Below, piece by piece: positions 34,510 through 39,955 of a DNA stretch of 39,955 nucleotides; positions within the stretch are counted from its first letter, which is position 1, and each line of letters opens with the position of its first letter. Made by a program: the position numbers and the translations under genes. The DNA comes from Chlorokybus atmophyticus. Lineage: Eukaryota; Plantae; Mesostigma and Chlorokybus algae. The DNA lies in the NCBI GenBank assembly GCA_009103225.1, contig RHPI01001715.1:722750-762704 (forward strand). Direction: 5' to 3'. The notes beneath the pieces are model-generated. The model did no database searches, was not told the origin of the DNA, and saw only the letters and a list, made by a program, of their open reading frames with translations.

Positions 34510-37500
34510 CTTACATGATTCAAGAACTCACGATATGGTGTTGACTGTTACGACGAGTTGCGCTGCTGCCACATGCCCATCTCGCTCCAACCTGGCTGTG
34601 ATATGCTGTTCTCTCCGAGGCGTCTGTACTGACATCCTTTAAATAATACTACTCGGGGGCGCCTGCCGTGGTCAGACGGGGCATCTGTTGTAGTGTTTGC
34701 AACATGCATGCTCACGTTACGAGCCACCAGCGCGAGCCCAACATCAGCTACGGCTACTCACCACATTGTCGGGACACAATCAACTGTCAAGGTCAACTTC
34801 GACGCTCGGCAGTAGGCGTAATCGTAGTCCACAGAGACGTAGAACAGCTCTCCTACATGGGCTTCGTTGTTGTTGATCTCCGTGGACGCGTACACGTGCC
34901 GGATGGCAAGCACCGTGCCGGTCACCGTGAGGGTGGCGCTGAGCGTGACAAAATTGTCGGGGGAGGAGCCAACAACAAGGCAGGCGGGGCAGGGGGGGCT
35001 GCTACTACTGGCTTGAGCTCTGATTGTGTACACGCCCGGGCGCAGCAGGTAGGTGTAGCTCTGCTGTCGCCATGGCCTGATGCGCGGTCTGTCCCCGACG
35101 GCATCATCAAGTCGACCGTTGTTGTCCAAGTCCAAACGAGGGTGCGACGCTGCCCGCACGCATCGAACCCGCCGGATGCTTGCAGCTCAATGGCGTCGCG
35201 CTCGTTCACGGAGTACGGCCCTCCTGCACTGCACTCGCTAACAACACAACAAACAGCGATGATGCTCATGTCCTTGTTGCACGTGTTGCGGCCGGCACAC
35301 ACAAAGCACTCTGCCATCACTTACTATGCCATCGTGCCGATTGGTTGGTTTGCCCCCAGTCCGAAGCACCGCTTGCCGGGCTGCAGACGGCAGGAAACAA
35401 GTAAGCGTGACTGCCAAGCCTCTCCTGAGGACACGTGTTTATGCACACGCACCTGTCTGCATGCATGCATGTGCGCGTGCATGAGGGGACGCATGTGCGC
35501 GTGCATGAGTATGCCTGTGCAGCGTGCGTCTGCATGTGGTTGCATGCATGTGCATGTGTGGCTAAACGCATGCGTGCAAGGGCGCATGCATGTATGCAAA
35601 TGCTCGCCTTCATCGCTTCTGATGTGTAAAAATCAACTGGGCGGAGGAAAGCACTTGTGCCTACCCTCCCAATTTTGGAACTCAGTCTGGTTGCATTACC
35701 AATCGCAGCGGTGAGCGCGCCGGGCAGGGTGTAGCCACGGACCCCATCCACAACATTACACCCCGCTCCAGCTGTGCAACAACAACAACCACATGAACCC
35801 CCACCCTTATAGTCAGTTTGTGCACTCTACGTGGGCAAGAGGATGAAGTCGCCACATACCAAATCTGCCAAGAATAGTTTGGGGTCTATCATTGGCGTAT
35901 AGTAAGAAAATTAAGGTCGTGTCGGTGTTGAAAGCAATGACGATCTGAAATGTTTTGGCTTCGGCTGTTGCTGAGCAACATCTGGCAATCTGAGCACACG
36001 GGAAACGGTGTGACTACATCAACACCTCAACAGCGCACGTGCATGCAGACAGAGGCACACACACACACACACACACACGCAGACATTGTTCCAGGTGGCA
36101 ATGACGGCTGATGTTGCACCGAAGCCGTTTGCAACTGGTTCGGTAGGAAAGGCTTCACGGACGTTGGCGCTGATTGCGACAAGGACGGCCGTATCTTGTA
36201 CCGTGCGGTGTGTGGTTTCGCCGCAGTCTGGGCATCCGTTGTAAAGGTCTGGCCAGAAGCCTGCCACCATGCTGTGATAAGGGTCTTGGAAGGGGAAGGG
36301 CAGAGCATAGTTGCCGGTGAACGGCTCGTGGAGTTCATGGCGCCTGAAAGACACACAACGCAAGTGTACCGACATGAGTCGTGAGTATTGTGCAAAGGCT
36401 CACAGCAAGGTCAGCTGTCATGCACTATTTTGGGCTAGGTGTTTCACAGCACCATGCTCTGGAATGCGCATAGGGCAGGTCACATGCTTGCAGCCACTCG
36501 CCCAAACACAGGCACCGCGGATGGCAGGGGGACCAGGTAGGAAGAACATGAGTAGCACCTGCTCGCCACACAGACACAGAGAGTCTCACATGCTCGGACT
36601 CGGACAGTTTGGTGGGTAGGCGCAGTACTATGTCTATCTCTAACCAACGACCAAAGCCAGCCAGCTATGTGACAAAGACGTCAACATCAGCACCAACTTG
36701 AAGACTTCAACCATCAACAAAAGCAACCTTCAAGTGCTTGGCCTGGCTCAAACGCACGCGATCAGGCAACACAATAGCGTACCTTTTCAATGTTTTCGTC
36801 GTCGTTGGCAGCACCAAAGGGGTAGAACTTATCCATGCTGAGGGAGGAGGCGCAGGAAGCCAGAAGCACCCAAGACAGCATCCATGCCGCCGCCATTGCC
36901 ACCGGCGGGGGCGAAGAAGGAGAAAAAGAAGGAGAAGCTCGCCCCATCCTTGCTGCCTGCCAAAGCAATCAGTCAAGCAAGCGCACTAGTTGAAAGGAAG
37001 GCCCCTATGCTTGCTTCTGCGAGGTTGTAAGGAGGAGCAGCCAACCAAGCCATGACGCATGGTGGAAGAGCAAAGACAACAAGCAAACAGAACCGCGTGC
37101 ATGCACACAACTCTTCTTGAGCTGTCGCACGCACACATGCACACATGGCAGACAGGCGAGGCGGCGGCAGCAGCAGTCAGAGAGGGAGAAAGAGAACAGA
37201 GCACTCGCCGGGCCAAAAGGCGTAGCAGCGGCGGCGCCTGCGCCGGTGGTGGCGGTGGCGGTGGCGGCCAGGTGCGTGCAATTCGCTATCCACAAGGGGG
37301 TGTAAAACGGATTGGATGGGCTGCGTACAAACGTAACCCCTCCGACAGGTGCTACGTGTACGTACCATTGCACCGCAGTGGTATGTGTCGCGAATTCCAT
37401 TACAAAGTGTGCTCAGCGTATTGCGCGATGCTTGACGTGCTAGACAAAATGTACTTGGAACTGTACTGTAGGCTACAGTCTGTAGCTTAAGCAGGAACGG

Positions 37501-37660
37501 TACGTTGCGCCAGGCTACGGCGTTGAACATGCGTGATTGTACTTGCAATGGCCTGTTTCTCTGCTTGTTCTACAACGCAGACTGGTAGCCTGTAAGGAAG
37601 TCACGCGTGCAAGTAGGCCCGGGGCTAGGGCCCAAGCGTACCGTATTATCCGGTCATCAG

Positions 37661-37817
<157 letters not shown>

Positions 37818-39329
37818 ATATTCGTATACCCCNGCGCAAACACCATACTGCGGTCGCTTTGCGTCACGCCGCCTTGCGGCAAGTCGAATTGCGTGTCAGG
37901 CGGCCGCTCCAACTTTGAGACAATTCCTCACTTACTTGCTTGTAGGAACCGCACACTTAAAGACAAACATGCACATTATCAATTAGGAGGAAGTTTAGCA
38001 ACATAACTTGCCATGTTAAATACCACTTGGTACAGTGGCGCGGTATCAAGGGAGCAGCCTAGCATCACCATGCCATGCAAAAAAAGGATGTTCACATTTA
38101 GAACACCTTGCCATGCCACCTCAGTACTTATGCGCTCACACCAACCACCCGCAAGGCCATCTGCCATGCGGGATTGTAAAGAGGGAAGGCCTCTTAAATA
38201 GCTTCAAGCTAGGCACCACACACACACAAGTGGCCCTCTAATAGTGCATATCTTGATGCCCACCCATAAGCTCAAGCAAGCTATACATCGTATACATCAA
38301 ATGTATACTCACTGATTGCCCTCTGACACAACAATGTTCAAGCCTAACATTATGCATCATATGATGGCCTTGTCACTGTGTGCTGGCCTGCCACATGACC
38401 CACTATAATGGTTGGGTGTCCATATGTAGTATTCATAGACACCTTGATAATAAGCATTGAAATATAAACATGAACACGAGGCACTTGCTTTTTTGAGGCT
38501 GATCATAACATGCATAGCGGTACAACGGATGGGGCCATGTACATACACAACTAGCTAGGAGTGTAGAAGACGCATAGCAGTGGCTCCTACCATGCACACA
38601 TGCAATAGCCCCGTCGCGCCAACGCTATAGTCAGCTACACAGGGTTGAGCAGGCCACTCTCTACTGTAGTGACCAATCCGTTTATCAGTGGCTCACAGAC
38701 TATCGAGAGAGCAAGGGAGCGAGGGTAGGGTGGGGTGGGGCAAGACAACGACAGCGGCAGAGGATTACCCGCCAGCACCGCTTAAAGAGGTTATTGAAGC
38801 CTGCCGCCAAGCAACATACACGACACGACCGCTATGCGACCCAAGGGTATTGCCCGCCGGCAGCCTGCCCCCCNNNNNNCCCCTTTAGCCTTGATCAAAT
38901 AGCAAGCATGCTGTTAAACATGATCAAATGTTGAACAACGATAGGTTGACGTCGTGTGGTGGGACAAGTCTTGTGTTGAACATACGACTTATACGCATGA
39001 ACCCTGCCTGTTGGTTGTAGTATAGACTAGCCTATGCTGTCTAGCGCTGGTCTGAGGCCCCACCCCACCCATCGTGTTAATGCAACCGCATGCTGCGTGT
39101 GCTTGCGTTTGGCACACTTTGAATCTATTAATCATTTATTTGCTTTATAATGATAGTCAATGCGAGACTGACGTCAACTGCCATAGCAGCTCACAGTTGC
39201 CACTGGATCACCATGAATTGCAATCAATAGCGGTATGTCATGATCATCTCCAAATATCCGGTCCGCAGGCGGCCGGCGGCTCGCCGGACCGCGTGCGGTT
39301 TTTCCGGTCCCCCGCCGGCCTTCTGAGGA

Positions 39330-39565
39330 CAACCTCTCCCAAATTACTAACTACCGGTGCGCACAGGGCGTGGCACGTGGCGCGGCCTCCCGCCGCCGCT
39401 GCGGCCAGCACGGGCATGGGGAACACGTATGGCGAGGAGAACAACGCCCTCGCCTCCGTGCTTGGCTTGCATCAAACCAGGGCTAGCAATGTAGTTGTTT
39501 GCATTGGGTTGGGCGACTAAACCGTGGAGGAGGACGTAGAGGAGGAGGAGGAAGCGGATTGCCAT
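39330..39565 (-). CDS. Possible first exon of another secreted-protein gene
   Basis: ATG GCA ATC... gives MAIRFLLLLYVLLHGLVAQP, a signal-peptide-like start in GC-rich context. Downstream exons were not identified. Confidence 0.3.
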
Positions 39566-39955
39566 GGCGCCCCCTCCCAAAAAGGTAACTTAATCACAAG
39601 AACATTACTCTTGCATGAGGTCGACCACAGTGGTTGTGTGTTGCCAGTTGATCAATATATACGTTGTTAGTAATGGCAAGCGTGGCTGCAATGGACTACG
39701 TACAATTGCGTCTCGACGCCCCAGCAGCAAGGTCAATACTTGTGTCCTGTCCTTCACAAGTGTTGACCACAGAGACGCACATCATTTGTATATGCGTGCA
39801 TAGGAGGATGATCTGTTACATGAAGGTTGATCCACGTCGTTATGCTGTCACATGCAAGGAAGTTCTCGGTAGATCAATGCACTTCGTGACTGTGTTCAGT
39901 AAACAACCATGCGCACACAAACACACATGTACAGCCTTCCCCCTCCCCCCCACCC

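Larger units (their letters stand above)
29483..36896 (-). pseudogene. Secreted NIDO-domain protein with tandem PKD-like (GGPY...WDLDNDG..DATG) repeats; frameshifted. The 3' end is uncertain.
   Basis: Signal peptide MAAAWMLSWVLLASCASS, then FYPFG..D. NIDO motifs AGFWPDL, ATWNN, TFQIVI and YTLPG. Repeats at ~34762-35230, 33208-33636, 32470-32893 and 31800-32175. Frameshifts near 35132, 34770, 32720 and 32110/32065; acceptor lost at ~33638. In-phase terminal exons at ~29692-29775 and 29483-29620 are assigned tentatively. Confidence 0.75.

Noticed and set aside
34668-35714. 348-aa plus-strand ORF
   Set aside because: Antisense to the NIDO/PKD exons and running through microsatellite-rich introns; no protein motif.

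Overview
Eukaryotic nuclear DNA from the green lineage, probably a streptophyte alga. This is inferred from the plant-type AAPT, plastid-targeted RPL9 and ArgC, a telo-box and many short (CA)n-rich introns. There are two N gaps (7307-7968, 18018-18167) and several poly-C/G runs that look like artefacts. Left third (728-11404, minus): a decayed Ty3/gypsy LTR retrotransposon ordered gag-like / protease / C5-cytosine DNA methyltransferase / RT / RNase H / integrase / PHD finger. Its integrase is split by a solo LTR (5-bp TSD), which carries a 526-bp TRIM (5-bp TSD). The TRIM has a tRNA-spaced Pol III A-box/B-box pair across its LTR-PBS junction. Middle: a 14-exon secreted subtilisin (S8) with Ig-like, reelin-like and NIDO-like modules (minus), then plastid RPL9 (plus), AAPT (minus) and argC (plus), arranged as two divergent pairs. 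Right: a degenerating secreted NIDO + PKD-like repeat gene (minus) with one repeat module lying on the opposite strand. All domain calls come from manual translation and motif recognition; no database searches were run.
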